DNA from: Paraspadella gotoi | Taxonomy: Eukaryota; Animalia; Chaetognatha | Length of the DNA stretch: 64,000 nt | Reading direction: 5' to 3' | Assembly (NCBI GenBank): GCA_051294375.1 | Contig: CM119264.1 | Coordinates: 6,337,624 to 6,401,623 of the forward strand | In this document: positions 11,298-26,548 of the stretch, in pieces | How positions within the stretch are numbered: position 1 is the stretch's first letter | Layout of the letters: each line of letters starts with the position of its first letter | Translations under genes and position numbers: made by a program | Notes under the pieces: model-generated | What the model was told of the DNA's origin: nothing | The model's input: the letters and a program-made list of their open reading frames with translations, nothing else | Databases searched by the model: none

Positions 11298-14076
11298 ATA
11301 GAGAGAGAGAGAGAGAGAGAAGAAAGAGAAAGAGGGAGAGAGAGAGAGACAAAGAGAGAGGAGAGAGAGAGAGAGAGCCAGAGAAGAAAGATCTTTGAAA
11401 AGACCACATTTGCGAAAAAAATCCGGATCAAATTCAACGAATGCCTCGAGATTTTTTTTCATATATATATTTTTTGCTTTCGCCTCCAAAATCTGAACGA
11501 AAAAAAGCGAAGGAGTTCAATTTTTATGAATGAGATGAGGGGAGGAGGAAAGAGTAGGAAAAAGGAGGAAAGGAAAGAAAAGAGAGAAAAGAGGAGGAAA
11601 GCGAAAAAGGAGGGATATACTGAGAGAAGCGGTGTAAAGGAGAGAAAGAAGGGAAGAAAAGAATCGGGGCCGGGGCCGGGAAAAAATTCGTAGGGATGAG
11701 TTGATAGAGGTTGTATAATGTATATATTACTATACATAAATATATATATACTATTACTATACTATACTACTATACTATACTATACTATACTATACTATAC
11801 TATACTATACTATACGTTGCATAGTGAGAGGTCCGAAAATTCAAGAGATAGAAAGAATAAAAAAATTGAAAAAAGAAATAAATAAAATTGAAGATTCTAG
11901 TGGTGCAGACAGAAGAGCAAAATTTCTATAGAAAATAAAGGGGAAAACGCTCATAGTAAAGTAGATAGACAGAAAAAAAAAAAGGCAAAACAAATTATAC
12001 AATTTCAGGTGGTGGATTTACAATCCCAAGGTATTTTCAAAAAAACTCGACAAAAATCTCGAACCTGTGATGCCTCTCCAAAATCCCGACCGGTCGCCGC
12101 GGCGCCGGCTGAGCGTTGCTCAGGCTCTGAGGGTGAGAGTCGCTCGTCGTCATCGACGTCACGACGCCGGTTGAGAAATGCGGCGTCATTCTGGTCATCA
12201 ATGGACGGCCACCTGCTGGGGGAATACGGTCTGCAGAAAAAGCAACGGTCAACTTGCGTGGTAATCACATTAGGAAAAAAAAAATAATAATAATAATTGA
12301 TATTCAGTGAATAGTGAATACTGAGGAAAGGTTTTCCTAGCTCGCTCTGTTTAGGTCATCGTTTAACACCGACCTCGTTTTGTGATTCTGACCAGCTTTT
12401 ATAAGTCTGGTCATTTGTTTTATTGGTATTTTTTCTGTCTTCTTCGTAATTTTGGCGAGCCTTTGATCAATTCGTCGATTTTGAAACTGTTAATGGTGTT
12501 GCTCGTTCTCGACCTGAGTTTTTACGAGGCTTTTCTGGAGAATTGACATTAAATATAAAACTTTGAAACTCATTGGCTACTTTCATTCAACGAAATTCCT
12601 TGAGATTCAAAAACAAAACAAAACAAGACAAAATCTATGTTAAGCTGCAAGGAACGGACGACGCTACCAACGCATGTTTCCATGGGCGTGAAGAGGAGAA
12701 ATATCTTCACAAAATACTAATAGAAAGTTTTTTTCCGTGCCACAAAAATTCACCATCCTGCTACCATTCTGCAGCAGAAGAACTTGTACCAAGTACTTAA
12801 AAACGAAGTTCACTGTTCGAGCAGAAGTTTGGCTGTCGAACTTCATTTTTAAAGACGATTGTCAAAATGTAAAAAGAAAACAGACGACGAGACGCGAGAC
12901 GACGACACGACGACGACGACGACGACATCCGCTTCTACCTGAGACGTCAAACTCGGATTCAAAGTCGACGCGAAATCCGAAGCCAAATCCGGCGCCGTCG
13001 AGGAGGACATGTGCTGCTGCTGCTGCTGGATGTGTGATGTCTGCTGTTGTTGCTGCTGCCTGCACGTATTCGTCCAACTGGTTGTGATTCTCCATCTTTC
13101 GGTAGAGAGTTTGACTAGCGAAACGAAGTCGGACGACGAATCAAGACGCCCTCGAAGGTTGCGGGAGGTTGGGCGAAAATCTTTAAACCAAATTTGCATA
13201 TATGTAGTGAACAAACAGTTCTTGAATGGCGCATAACGATAGAATATGGATAAATAGAGTAGTGGAAAGTTACGTACGGAAATATTCTAAAGTCAATTAT
13301 GAACCAACATTACCATTGAACATTAATTTGTTAAAAAAAAAAAGAATATTTATGTTTTTTAATTTTCGCAGTAGTGCATATTTATATATAGTACTATCCT
13401 TATTAAAATCGAAAAATTTCAAAATAGGCTTTCTTAATTTGATTGCAGATTTGATCCTCGTCAAAAGTTTGATAAAGAAAATATAAATCATTTTTAAAAG
13501 TTCTTCCATTAAGTGGGTTAAAAATTCAAAAAAACTACATTTATATATATATTTGATAAATAATAAGATTAAATTACTAAATCTTCTAAAATATAAAAAA
13601 GAAAACCTAGTGAACAAGTAATTTGCATTCAAAAAATTTTCATTAAAAATAGCTTTAATTTTTGACCCTGGGAATTTTTCAAAGAATTTATTTCTTTGTA
13701 TCAACTTTTATGACGATCCAAAATCTGCAAAAAAATCTTAGAAAAAACTTTCTGAAATTTTCCCCATTTATTGGATTAGTACTAGGTATAAATATGGCCT
13801 ACTGCTTAAATTGTAAAATTTATTATAAATTTTTATTACATAAATGTTCGTTAGTATAATGTTGTTCGTCCCTCCACTTTTAAAATTTTAATAAAGGTTA
13901 AATTTCGAAAAATTTACTACGCCCCTAAATGGGTAACACTGACCTTGCCTGTACGACGTCCGAATCGGAGAAGTGTGCGTGCTGGATTCGAACCCGTGAC
14001 GTCGGTGGGTCGACGACGCGCGTGTACACGAAAGGCCGACGAGACGCCGGGCGTCGATCGGCCGGTCCGTGTTCTC
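10808..14076 (-). CDS. First (error-rich) copy of the disordered S/T/Q/H-rich protein exons
   Basis: Exons ~14076-13944, 13150-12939, 12229-12065 and 11245-10808 are colinear with 35752-32454, with scattered indels. Confidence 0.65.
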
Positions 14077-14930
14077 CTTTTTAAAAAGGAATATATTTGA
14101 GGAGGCATCTATTTGATGAAATTTAAAATAAAATTAGGCGGTGAAATTGTTAACTGCCTAAGATAAAACCTTTAAAATATATATAACTCATACAAATTTT
14201 GACACCCATTTTAGTTTTTAAAAAGAAAAACTACTTTCAAAAAGTTTTTCAGTTGGTTTCTCTACAACAAGTGCTCTGATAGCTATTCATCCCTATCCTT
14301 TCATTATTTTTTTTACTTGGTTTTATAATATAAAATATTTTTAGAGATTCTGATTTTTTTTTTGAAAACTGGTATAAGCAATATTTTGTTTGAATGATCC
14401 CTGGCCTCAAAGCAAAAATGTTGAATGACGACGAGGACCAACAAAAAAGTACCAGCAGATTGCTAAATCGAAAAAAGCGCCTTAAATATGAAAACATGAA
14501 TAGAAGGTTAAATGGAACGTTGCACTTTATATTGAATAAACCCCCCATTCAGGGTGCCATCGCAAAGGCGCGCCCACACGCACAAAAACGTTCATTGTCA
14601 ATGAGGTTGCTCTTCTTTGGTAGTTGACATCGAACTCGTTCGTCGTCTTCTCACATGCGAGCGGAATGCATACATTTTTTTTTAAAATCCGACAGCTAAC
14701 GACCCGAAAATTTTTGAGGCCATTAAAACTTTACTAACATACTTTTTTTCAGCGAAACTGCCACCCAAAGGGATTGATCGAGTTAACATTGGTGAATTTA
14801 AATGAGATGAATCGATTGTTGAAATCCGTATATAAATTAAATTAATTGTTAATTCGTAATTGTTAATTTGAGATCTAATCTGAACCAAGTCACTTAAATA
14901 AGTCCCAAACCGTAAATTATTTTTTTTCTT

Positions 14931-15085
14931 TTTTAGTTGCGACACGTGTACTCGCGGAGCAACTCTATAAGTCACTTTTCGGTCGGTCTGACGGTTTGTC
15001 TGTCAGCTGTCTGTCGGTCGGTTATGTCTTCCGTCCGTCTGTCCTACTTACGTGAAAAACGCTTATAATTTGCCTAGAGTTGGGT
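14931..15085 (+). mobile_element. DINE-1/HINE-like non-autonomous element, family A (copies ~36598-36755 + and ~46240-46386 -)
   Basis: T-run start, terminal hairpin AGTTGC..GCAACT, then a GTCY/GGTC tetranucleotide array. A homologous inverted copy lies at 46240-46386, outside the large duplication. Confidence 0.6.
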
Positions 15086-15598
15086 GTTCATTTGTCAAGA
15101 AAAAAAACATCAAATTTACATGACTGCTCGCCCCGCCTTCAGGAAATCTAAAACAATAAAAAAAAAAAGAACGTTTTTCCGATGCAGGCAAAGAAAGTTG
15201 ATTGTAGTAATGTAATGTCATGTCATGTCTGTCATGTCACGAGAATATACGTGATTAAGTAAGTCACTGCGGCGCAAAACATTTTAATTACCATTCATGT
15301 TATAATTTTTTGCACTTAAAACGTAAATGGGACCTTCTCATCAATTGACTAATAAGCTTTCTGAGAATTGCCATTGATTCTTGTCATTTAGTCCAAAATG
15401 AATTTTGATTCCTTACTTGACTTGTCAAAGACGATGGAAAAAACGATGCATTCATACAAAATTCCTTCTTTAAGGATATGCATGATAAGCTTCTGAAAAG
15501 TGCAAAAGAAGTGATGTCCAATAATTTCAGAATATTATTGTTTGCTAATTGCTTATATTTATTTTTCATTACCATTTACACAATTTTCTGGAAAGCAT

Positions 15599-16010
15599 TA
15601 TTAGTCGGATCTGCTTATAAGCAGAATCCACGACTCTATAATTCATTTTGTCGGTCCGGTCGGTCCGCCCCTTCAATCTTGTCGGGCATTAACTTATTTC
15701 TGTCAGACATCGGATTAGATAAATTATGAAAAAAAAGATGTCCGTCCGTCCGTCGTCCGTCCGTCCCACCTTTAGCATAAAAATACCAATTACTGGTGTG
15801 ATTGGGAATGAAAATTTTGTGTGTGGGTAGGGAAGTTGTGATCAAGCGGATATGAAGTTTCGATGGAATCGTCCGAGTGAAAATGAGTTTAAATGGAAAC
15901 AAACAATAATTGCCTAATAATTAAATAATTAATTGAATAATTTAATTATTAAATTAAAAATAATTATTAACTTGATTAATTAATTAATAATTAATTAATT
16001 AATTACCGAT
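15599..16010 (+). mobile_element. DINE-1/HINE-like element, family B (duplicate ~37268-37680)
   Basis: 5' hairpin AGTCGGATCTGC..GCAGATCCCGACT (copy 2 reading), (GTCC)n core, shared block GATGGAATCGTCCGAGTGAAAATG and a TTAA-rich tail. Homologous to the inverted copy at 21800-22391. Confidence 0.6.
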
Positions 16011-19000
16011 AATGATCGTGGGCAGATCCGATATGTCATATTTTAAATAATTTGTTGAAAAATTATCATTTTTGAAAAAGAGCACTGAAAGAGGTAAGAC
16101 CAAGAATAAAATGTCATGAATAAATGAATAAATGTAATATAATTAATTAATTTGTTGACTTCTAGGCGGCTATCAGGTTAGAACTGATTGAATTGAAGTT
16201 AGTGGAAAAAGTTACGTTTTACTATTCAATTATTAAATTTTTTTTCGTTGTTTCACTTTCATACATATAGCATTTCATGTATATGTGAGTTACAACAACA
16301 AACAACTGCTCCATGATAACATTCTAAACATTCAACACTAACAAGTAACAACACAACAGCTATAATTACGACAACAACAACAACGACCAAAACAAACAAA
16401 CTCACAACGACTCTAATCACTACAAGCACAAAACAATAATCGATAGAAAATAAACGATCCGCTTAAAAAATTTAAAACACACACTTGTCTCATATCACAT
16501 AAAGCTGTCCAAAGTCAGGGACAAGATAGCTTATTTATTAAATGAATGGATAATTTTTTATATTGGGTTGTACCAATTCATAAAATTCAATTTGATACTA
16601 GTGTGGAGTACAAAATAGTATTCCCCGATCTAATATTAAGGGAGTGTCTTTTAATACAATTGAAACATTCTTTGAAAATATTATACCACTTATTGATAGG
16701 GAAGCCAGGTTCACCTGGGAAAAGTCTTGATTGAAAGCTTGCAGAAACCTGCTATTTTATTAATCTTGTAAGTGTGATGGAGGCCTTATCCACCAAAGCC
16801 GTCCGAAGAGTCAGGGACAAGATAGCTCATTTTTAAAAAGAATGGATAATTTTTATATTGGTTGTACAATTTCATATATTATTTGGCAGCCAAGTATTGA
16901 CCTGCGAGGCGCTGTTTACATTCACTTTCTTATCAATTGCTCCTTCCCTGTGTTAACGTGACTACGCCAGTTGCTACGTATACTCAAGTTAGCGTCTCAT
17001 AGTGATGGAGACAATATCAGGACTGAATACGATTCTGAATACGATTCTTTTGCTCCAGGATGAGGTCTCCTCAACAACAACATTCTCCATGACTTGTCCT
17101 CCTTGCTGGGAGATGGCGGTCTGCATGGGAAAGTGTTGGACCGATAAAATGATTGTGAGCTATTTTCATCAGACGCTTAAGAGATCAATACAGTTCGCTG
17201 TAGCCTTCATCTGCCCTCTCCCAGGATTGGAGAGAACACGATGGACTTTTATTACGTTTGTATGGCGGCACGAAGATTTTCACTTCGCGCCAAAGATCCA
17301 TGGTAAATCTCGAATGAGATTGCAGATTCTTGGGGATCTCATCCTCGTTGGCTTCTCGTCTTCAAAGAAAGCGGCTATTCGAGTTTTTCCGCTGTGATTT
17401 TTTCATGGGTCCCCAGAAAGTGTTGACGCTTAAGACGTGTGTATTCAGAACGGCTGGGAGCCGACGATCAACGGGGTGTCCATCAAGGTACGCGAGATGT
17501 ATTAGGCAGGATTTCTATCGAGGAATTCAGCAAAAAAAAACCACTTTTTGCATATTGCTAGAATATTATAACATAATTGATTAAATTAAACCCTAAGACA
17601 AAGTGGGACTGGACTACGAATTAATAAATCATCTGCTGCATTTTCTAAACAAGAATTGGTATAATTTTTTCCTACTTTTAATAAAAAAAATTATGTCCAT
17701 TTTTGTCCATTTGACTTTTGTCTGAGATTTGAACGTCAAGATCATTGAAGAAAATTTTTTTTACTCCGGATTTTGGGTACTTCTCATCTTCTTTAGCTCT
17801 GAGTTGGTTCATTTGCCGTTGGTCATCCATTGTTACCTATGAATTAATTTTTAAAATTGACTAGTCAAAAATTTACATTTTTACATTTTATTACACTTTG
17901 TTAAACGAAAATACTTCAAAATGTCCACAATCTAATCAAATATTCCCTTTCAACGGTGCTTCTGTACCTAAAAAAATTAGGGCAAAAAATTTAATAGTTT
18001 TGCAGCAATTAAATTTTTAAATCAACTTTTAATTTGTGAGGATTGTGAGGTGCGTTTTATTTGAACCTAAAACTCGTTTTTTGACTTATTTTTATAGTTT
18101 TAATAGATGAGAAATTACTAAGGTTAACAAATTAAAAAAATAACCGCATTCTTTTAATGTAATGGAAAGCGTCAGTAATTTTTTTTCCTCTCAATCGACA
18201 GGTTTTTGCGAAAAAATTTTCCGCAAAAATCTGTCGATTTTTTAAATCTGCAGGCAACCAAACTTTTGAAAAAAATCATACGCTACCCAATATTTTCTTT
18301 CTTACAATACATTTTAAAGATTTTATAATCCAGTGTGATATAAATGGCAAAAAATGATGAGAATGAGAAAAAGAGAAGAGAAGAGAGAGCATAGGTGAAA
18401 AAAAAGTTCAGGAGGAGAAAAAAAGTGGAAAGAAATTAATATATGGGGAAAAGGGGAGAACGAAAACAATTAAGAGAAAAAAAGATAAGAAAGAGGAAGA
18501 AGAGAATCCAGAGAGCGAGAAAAAAGTAGAGATAGAGAGGAAAAGAATAAATGTAAAGGAAGAAAAGAAGGGATGACACAGAGAAAATTGAGGACAGAAA
18601 AGTCGGAGAAAGGGAGAGAAAGACAGAGAGAAAGAGAGAAAAAGAAAGGGACAGAGAGAGCGTTCAAGAGAGAAAAAATAGTGGAAAAAATGGGAAAAAA
18701 ATTTTAAAATATAGCTTGCCGTTTTTTTGGCCTAAGCTTGTAGTATATCTAAAAAAGGCAATAGATCTGAACGAGCAATTTAATCTTTAAAAAGTTGCCC
18801 TTACCATGAAAAATCGTTTTAGTTTCATCTAAGGTAAAAGAATTATGTCTTACCGTATTTTGAAAGCATAGATAATTCACCCAGTGAGTTCAATGTTATA
18901 AGGAGAAAATAACTATAGCCAAACCGTTTTTTTTAAATAAAGCGTGTTTTATATTAATCAGTGGAACAAAAGAAAATAATAGTTTATAAGTTTCAATTTT

Positions 19001-19791
19001 ATTGTTTGAAAATACCCGAATAGAAATCATCTGCATTAATAATCTATTTTCTCCGCGGCAAAATAATTAAAAATCAACTACATAAATATTTATTAGGCCG
19101 GACGGGTTGAAAACTACAAGTTCTCTCAATAATTAATGGTTAAGTGACTGTTAGAGAAAATGAAAATAAATAATTTTTAAAATTTATCCCTATTTATAAG
19201 CGCACGTAAGCACTTAAAGATTTTATTTTATTACTATATAAAGTTTAAATTTTATAGATTCTGATAGAGCTTTTATAAGTTAGCTAAGTTATTAATACAA
19301 CTTTAAATTTTGTTTTGTTTTATGATAAAAATTTAAAAAAACCCATAAAATTCAGCCAATGATGATGTTTGAATGATGATGATTTTTTTAAAGTTTTTTT
19401 TAATTTTTAACCATTTGTAAAGGAAAAATACTATATTATACATAAAAGGAGTGATCAGGAGTTTAATTTTTTTTACAAATTAAATTTAAAAAATTTAAAT
19501 TATATCATCAGCCTCTGTACTTTTGTAGTAATTAGATAAAGAATTTGTACCTGTGGAGAATTAAAAATACCTTAAAAGGAATTATCAACTGAAAATCAAA
19601 TTTAAAATTGATATATATATATATGTAATATAGCATAAGTAAATGTATTTAGTTTTGCTATGCTGAAAAATTTATTTAAATCTAAGCATTTTCTTGGACA
19701 TCATTTTTTTTTATTATGAGTATATAAAAATGAACATCACGCGCTAATTCTCTGGAAAGCAAATTATGTGTAAATTCTTAGATCACATCAA

Positions 19792-22700
19792 ATGGCAAAG
19801 CAGGAGGAAATATTAACATAAAAGTGGATTATGATTGGATTATCATGATTTTTCTCTGTTGGGATCTCTCTGCAACTCTTCTTGCTTTCAGACAAGAGCA
19901 ATGAAAGTTTTTTTAGTTTTATGTCACCCTCATCTCGTTGTTTGTCAGCGGCTATTGGATACAATGAGCAATATTTACAGAAAAGACGTAAGATGCACTG
20001 GTTAGACAGTAAGTAATTTTAGAGATGAGTTTAAGTCAAAATACACTGCGGCTAAAAAAAAAAAAAGACACTTCTTTCAACCGAAAAAAATATTGGATGG
20101 GATGAATTTCACTGAAGATATAAAAATATAAAATAAAGCTGTATTAAAGATAAAGCTTTAGTCCAAATCCTATTAAAATCCATCAAGCATCAGAAATTAT
20201 AGGGACGTCAAAAGTCAATTGGTATAAACATCTGATGAGAATAAATTAATTTTAATCAAGAGTCTCTAACTTTTTCTTATTATATTTAAAATATAAAATT
20301 AGCTGAACAAAATCAGCATCAAAATATCTGTAAGGATAAGAATCTACCATTTTCACCTAAATCAAATTAAAATAAGTAGGGAAACTATATAGAAAAAAAA
20401 AGCATTTGATGAGTAACTTACCCAAGTTATTTCAAAGCTTTTTCCCATCAAAGTTTTTTCTTTATGGCATCTTGTGTTAAAGCAGACTAATATAAACTCT
20501 TACAATTATATTAAAATTTATTTTTTTATTTCTATCATAAATTACGTTTGATTTTAAGATAATTTTAAAAAATTGATTGTTTTCATATTTATTATTAAAA
20601 TGCTATATTTTTGGCTGCAATTAAAAAAATATTTTTATAAAAAAAAACATAGAGTCGAAAACATGTCCTTAGAAACTGTTTAAATAAATTGTTGTTCATA
20701 AATGAAATTTTTGTTATACTCCTTAAACACACACAACAAAAAGAAAGATCGAATACAATATAAAAAAGCAATAATTTTCTTGCCCAACCTTTTATATGTT
20801 TAATTCCATATGATTAATTTATATTGTAAACATCAGTCAGAAAAAAAAGTATCAGCAACACTAACCTTTAGGAATCACTTTTTCCCAATGTTCAGTTTAA
20901 GACTCTGACTTTAAAATCTTGCTATATTCTACTGCTGAAACCAATTCAAATTTGTATTGCACCAATCGATAGCTCTTTAATAGAGCTATGCTTTTTATAT
21001 ACTATTTTCTAAATTAAAAAAGAAATAGTGGTGTATTTAAATCTACCTAGTGTCACATTTTTTGCGCTGCAGTGGTAGATGTAGCAATAAATCAATCAAT
21101 TAATAAATGAATTTCCTTTTCTACAATTAACCATTAAGGCCTAGTGAAAGTATGGATCAAATTCGAATAGTTGTTAATGAGCAGTCTTGTACTAAAGAAC
21201 ATAATATATAAAAAAAATAATTAATGAATTTTTCGCACACGCCCATATTTCTACATAGAAAATGTCAAAAATTTAAAAAAAAGTTTTTTTCTTAGTTTTA
21301 AAAGCAGATTCGAATTCCGCATAAAAAGTGATGAAAGAAAATATAAGTCTTTATAAAAAATTCTTTCATTAAGTTAGTAAAAATAAAAAAATATATTTTT
21401 ATACTAAATTAAATTACAGGTAACTATAACAGTTTTTTTAGATTGTGTCCCACTTAATGAAATATTTTTTTTAAAAGGAGTTATATTTCTTCTATCGTGA
21501 GTAATTCAATCTGCTTTTAAAAATAGGAAAAACCTTTGTTTAAAATTTTTACGTTTTCTATGTCTACCTGAGTACTATGTATAAACATGGGCTAATGCGA
21601 AAATAGGAAAAATAAAAATTTTCGGAGCAAAATTTAACCAAAATATAAAAGATATATAGATTAGGATTTATGATCTCCTATAAATTACTAAACATAAGAG
21701 TTTAAACTTACAGCGTAAAAAGAAATGTGGAAAGACTCAATAATATAATAAAAGTTTTAATATATACTTAAAAACAAACAAGTTTGAGCAAACAATGCCG
21801 GTCATTAGGGCGTAGGCAGCAAATCAATTAATTTATTTATTAACTAATTAATTAACTAATTTATTAAATATATAATTAAATGATTTTAATTGAAAATTAT
21901 TAAATTAAAATTAATAATTTACAGTATTAGTCTCTCTCTCTTCTCACTTTCCATCCTCTTTTCCCTCAGCATTTAAATTGATTAATTATTTATTAATTAA
22001 ATCGATAACTAATTAATTAATTATTTATTTTTTCATTAATTAGAGTGTTGCAGTTTAATAAAGAAAAAAACATAATAAAATAGTGAACAGATTTTTTTTT
22101 CATTTAAACATCATTTTCACTCGGACGATTCCATCAAAAACATTTCCTCACCCACACACAAAATTTGAAGTCATTCTCTGATCCAATTATGAATAATTAG
22201 CGTTCAGAAGCTAAGGGGGGACGGGACGACAGACGGTACGGACAGACATCTTTTTTTTTGCATAATTTATCATAATATGATGTTCTAAGATGATGTAAGT
22301 GATTAACCGACAAGATTTAGGGTTGGACCGACGGATCGGACAAAGTGAATCAATAGTGCCGGAATCTGCTATAACCAGATTCGACTAAAAAAGGGAAAAA
22401 AAAATAGTATTGTACGAAAAGAATAATCAAATGAAGTCTAATGCTTTTTTTTTCCCCTGATGCAGTGACAATTTTTATAAAAGTGACAAATTAGCTTTCT
22501 CACACTGGATATGGTGCTTATCGTTTTCACTCGATACATACTCAAATAACCATGGTGATAGTTGACTATCGCAAGGTTGCTGTGAGCCTAATAATTTTTG
22601 ACCTGACTCGTATGTTCTGTCAACCTTTGCAGTACAAGGATGACTGGCGAAAAATAGGCCATTTCTCGCCACCTATAGCCTTAGCATTTTGTCTTTTTCT

Positions 22701-23245
22701 TTTCATGTAAGCAACCTTGCAGAAATGTTCATTTCTGCAATATACGGTACAAAGGGTGCTCCCTTTCTTTCTTTTTTTACAACAAATTGGTTATGTTTTA
22801 CCTCAATACGACTCATGACGTGATTTTAGGCTTCTGTTGCAATTATTAACCGAATTCGATAGGAGCAAAGTTAAAAGAAATTTAGCTCTCTGGGTGAAAA
22901 GCAGCAAGCAATGGATAAATTAATGAAGTACCCACATTCTGCTCATTTTTAATAGTCCTTTTGTTTTTTCAACACTCTATTGTTGATCGCGTCATACGTG
23001 CTTTTGACTTCGTAAAGTATTCGATATGCTGGTTCCAGGCCATGTGGAGATGGGCCTGGCGCCGTTTTTACATTTGTTCTTTGGTTCTTTTTTATGGTTT
23101 TCGTTTTGATTTTTTTTCCAAAATCAAGACCCTTTTGCTTTGAAGTAAATTTTGTTAATTTATATTGTTTTTTTTTTTAACGAAATACTTTTTAAATTTT
23201 AGGTTCATGTTTCAAGCGAATTTTCGCTCTTCATCATCGTGAGTA
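19792..23245 (+). CDS. First (error-rich) copy of the divergent 7TM receptor gene
   Basis: Exons ~19792-20008, 22466-23144 and 23203-23245 are colinear with 41497-44993, with frameshifting indels. Confidence 0.7.
21229..21604. mobile_element. Foldback/MITE-like element with ~120-bp imperfect inverted arms (duplicate ~42968-43345)
   Basis: The left arm TTTTCGCACACGCCCATATTTCTACATAG...TTTTAAAAGCAGATT matches the reverse complement of the right arm AATCTGCTTTTAAAA...CATGGGCTAATGCGAAAA. Confidence 0.7.
21800..22391 (-). mobile_element. DINE-1/HINE-like element, family B, inverted copy in the GPCR intron (duplicate ~43550-44141)
   Basis: The reverse complement aligns with 15599-15900 (hairpin, GTCC repeats, TTTTGTGTGTGGGT, GATGGAATCGTCCGAGTG). 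Confidence 0.6.
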
Positions 23246-23950
23246 AACAAACTTTACAAAATATGTAAAAAGTAAGAAAAACTATCTCTCTCTCTCTCAC
23301 TCTGCTTTTCTAATTTTATAAACTTTGTTCTCCTGCCCTGATGAAAGAGCGAAAATAGATTGAAGCATGTACGAAAAATTATAAACATTTTCGTTGCAAA
23401 AAATAAAAAAATATTTTTAACTAAAAGAACAACGAAACGAAAGGAAAACCACCATTGATTATAATTATCAAAAATTTTTAGTTTCATAAAACGTTTTCGT
23501 GATTTCAATTATTCTATAAAATTTAGCAACGATGTTATTTTTTACAAAGCTGAGTGAATGAACGAACAAAGTCAAAGTAAAAGATTTTCTCTTAAATAAA
23601 AACAAATTTTATTAGTTAGAATCGCTGTATTTTCAAGTCAGTCTCAGTTCCTGATTTAAAAAGTTTAATTCATTCATTCCGATACAGTTTTAAATTAAGT
23701 GTACAATTAGCGTGAGGCTCATATTTTTTTTGGTTCTATTTTTTTCGAAATTATCATTTTCATGTCTCGTGTTTAATTCTTTCTATTAAATCTCAGTGTG
23801 AGCTATTAACCTGCGTTTTATTTCGAATTCCAAAATAGTTGAATTAGTACAGACATTAACGTCAACATTATACTACTTAAAACGTCATCCTCAGCGAATT
23901 AGAATTGCACAATCTCGCAATTACATTGTACGTAAGCATTTGGTTTAAGA

Positions 23951-24548
23951 GGCGTTGATCCTCCGGCGCCTTGGCGACGACGACGACGATGAGAATGACG
24001 ATGATGACGACGGCGAAGAGGAGGCTGATCAGCAGGCAGAACTGCCACTGGCGCTGAGGACTCTCGTCGCGCTGAGAGAAAGAGGATGGAGAGGGAGAGA
24101 GAGAGAGAGAGAGAGAGAATGTTTTTGTAGCTTTTCTAACTAAAGAATAACAAATTCATCATTGGATCGAGTATCAGTTCTAAAAATCAATCAATGAATC
24201 AATGAATAAATGAATCAATGAATCAATAAATCAATAAATCAATCAATCAACCCATCTCAATAATTCAAAATATCAAATAGTAACTGTAGTATTACGCTAC
24301 TCGTCCTTCTTTCACAGAATAATCAATCGATAAATAAATAAATCAATCACTGAAACTTATTACCAATTTTTTATCGATGAATATTCAATGAATGACATTA
24401 AAAAAAACACACACAAAACAAATTCCGATAAGAAGAAAGAAAGAATTCTCTTTCGCTGCCTCTTTTCTAATTCAAAACTCTCCAATTATTGCTTTATTTA
24501 TGTTTGCATTCTGCCGAGAATCAAAAATTCTAATGAGACTGAGGGGGT

Positions 24549-24622
<74 letters not shown>

Positions 24623-24910
24623 AAATGAGAGAAAATGAGAGAGATTCATTTTAATTCTCGACATAAAAGCCAAATGGATTCTCGCGGGAGAAACGTTTTC
24701 TGTTTCCTCCCGAATTTGATCGGCTACGTTCGATTCGTCTGCCTCATTTTCTCATGGGCGGCTCACACTTTTCAGGTGAGGACAACTTGAACGATTTAAT
24801 TTGAAGTTCTGCTTTTGGTGAAAAAATATAATTGTGCATATTATATTATAGTAGGCCACTATATTTATTCTGCCCTTTACTAAGAATTTCGTGAATTGGG
24901 AACGATTGAC

Positions 24911-24945
<35 letters not shown>

Positions 24946-26510
24946 CAGAAGAGAAGATTCAAAGAATAATTACAAAGACAATTCGTTTTTATAGATGCTC
25001 ATTAAGTTTACTTTCAGGAGACTGATAAACGCTACAAATTTAGTATCCTACGATTCAGCATATGATTCAATATAATTGGATCTGTCTAACAAGCTGCATG
25101 TCTGTAACAATCTTTCAATTAAATCAATCAAATACTCTTAAATCCGGAAGGACAATGGTGAAAATCTGTCAGGAAAGGCCTCTGACTTTCACACACACCT
25201 ACCATGGCGACTTATTATTATTTAACTAGGCATGCGAAAAAAATCTTTTAGGTAGTTGGAAAGATTCGAATATTTTTAAATTGACGAAAAGTATTTTCGA
25301 CATTGGCTTTTGAGTGCTGATAAAATGTGATATAATTGTTTGATTTTAAAAATCAAGACATCATATAAAACTGTAGGACTAAGCTCTGACGAACAAAGCC
25401 AGATGTTTTTTTAATATATTCTTATACCGGCCAAGGTAGAATGATGCAATATTGTTAATATTAAGTTTCAAAAAAATCCTACCATAAATATAGAAAATAT
25501 TAACCAAAATCTTCGGAAAATCCACCCCTTCTTTGGAAGATTTTCGCCATAGAAGATTTTCCCCGAATCTGACTCCCGGTTGAAAAACTCTTAGAATTCC
25601 GATCGTTAGCTCCTCTTTTACTTTTACTTTAAATAAAATCATATCAAAATAACCAAATAAAATGTAAAGAAAAATTTGAGAGCCCTTCAGACATATGGCT
25701 ATCGGATTCCTGAATTTGAAGTTTATTGTAAAATCACAACAATATGTTAAATGTGTTGACATTGTATTGAAGTTGAGAAATCCCTTTATTTTATATATAA
25801 AAATTGCGTCGAAAATATTTTCCCGAGCGGACCAGTCCATTTGAATCTGATGGTTTGATGACAAAATGATGGTTATTTGTCAAGAGAAAAAAATGCGAGC
25901 CCTTCAGATGCAATAGGATCGGAATTGAGTGTTTTTACATCTATTTTTTACCTGAATTTTTCCCAGGAGCGTTGACATTATTTGGTAGTCGAATTTTAAC
26001 GAAAATCTCCATTGAAAAAGTCTTCCTCGATTTTTAAGAACGACGTAGACTCCTATAAAACTGTAAGAACTTCTGAATCCAACGAGTACAGCAAAGACAT
26101 TTTTATTACTGTACTGATTCACTGTATTCATTTGTAAAGTGACAGTACGGTTGAAACACTCTGTACATACTTAATTTTTCTCTTCTTATACTTTCCTTAA
26201 ATCCTTCCCACCCTCTGCCTCAAATTCGTCCCTTCTTTCCTTAAATCCTTCCCTCCCTCCCGAAGCGCCCCCAGATCTGTTTGGGCCTCTACACGGGCAA
26301 CGTCCTCCTGGACGTCGTTGACGGACAATTCGCTCGAGTTCTCCGTCAAACGTCTGACTTCGGCGCCGCCTTCGATTTCTGGCTCGACGTTCTCGGGAGA
26401 GGGTGTTTGTGGATCTTGGCCACGCAGGTTAGGGGGCGGATTTCGTACTCTCTCTCTCTCTTTCTCCATCTCTCTCATCTCTCTCCTCTCATCTCTCTCA
26501 TCTCTCTCTC

Positions 26511-26548
<38 letters not shown>

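Noticed and set aside
16495-16880. ~80-bp direct repeat (AAAGTCAGGGACAAGATAGC...) about 295 bp apart, as a regulatory array
   Set aside because: There are only two diverged copies, most simply explained as fragments of a repeat element.
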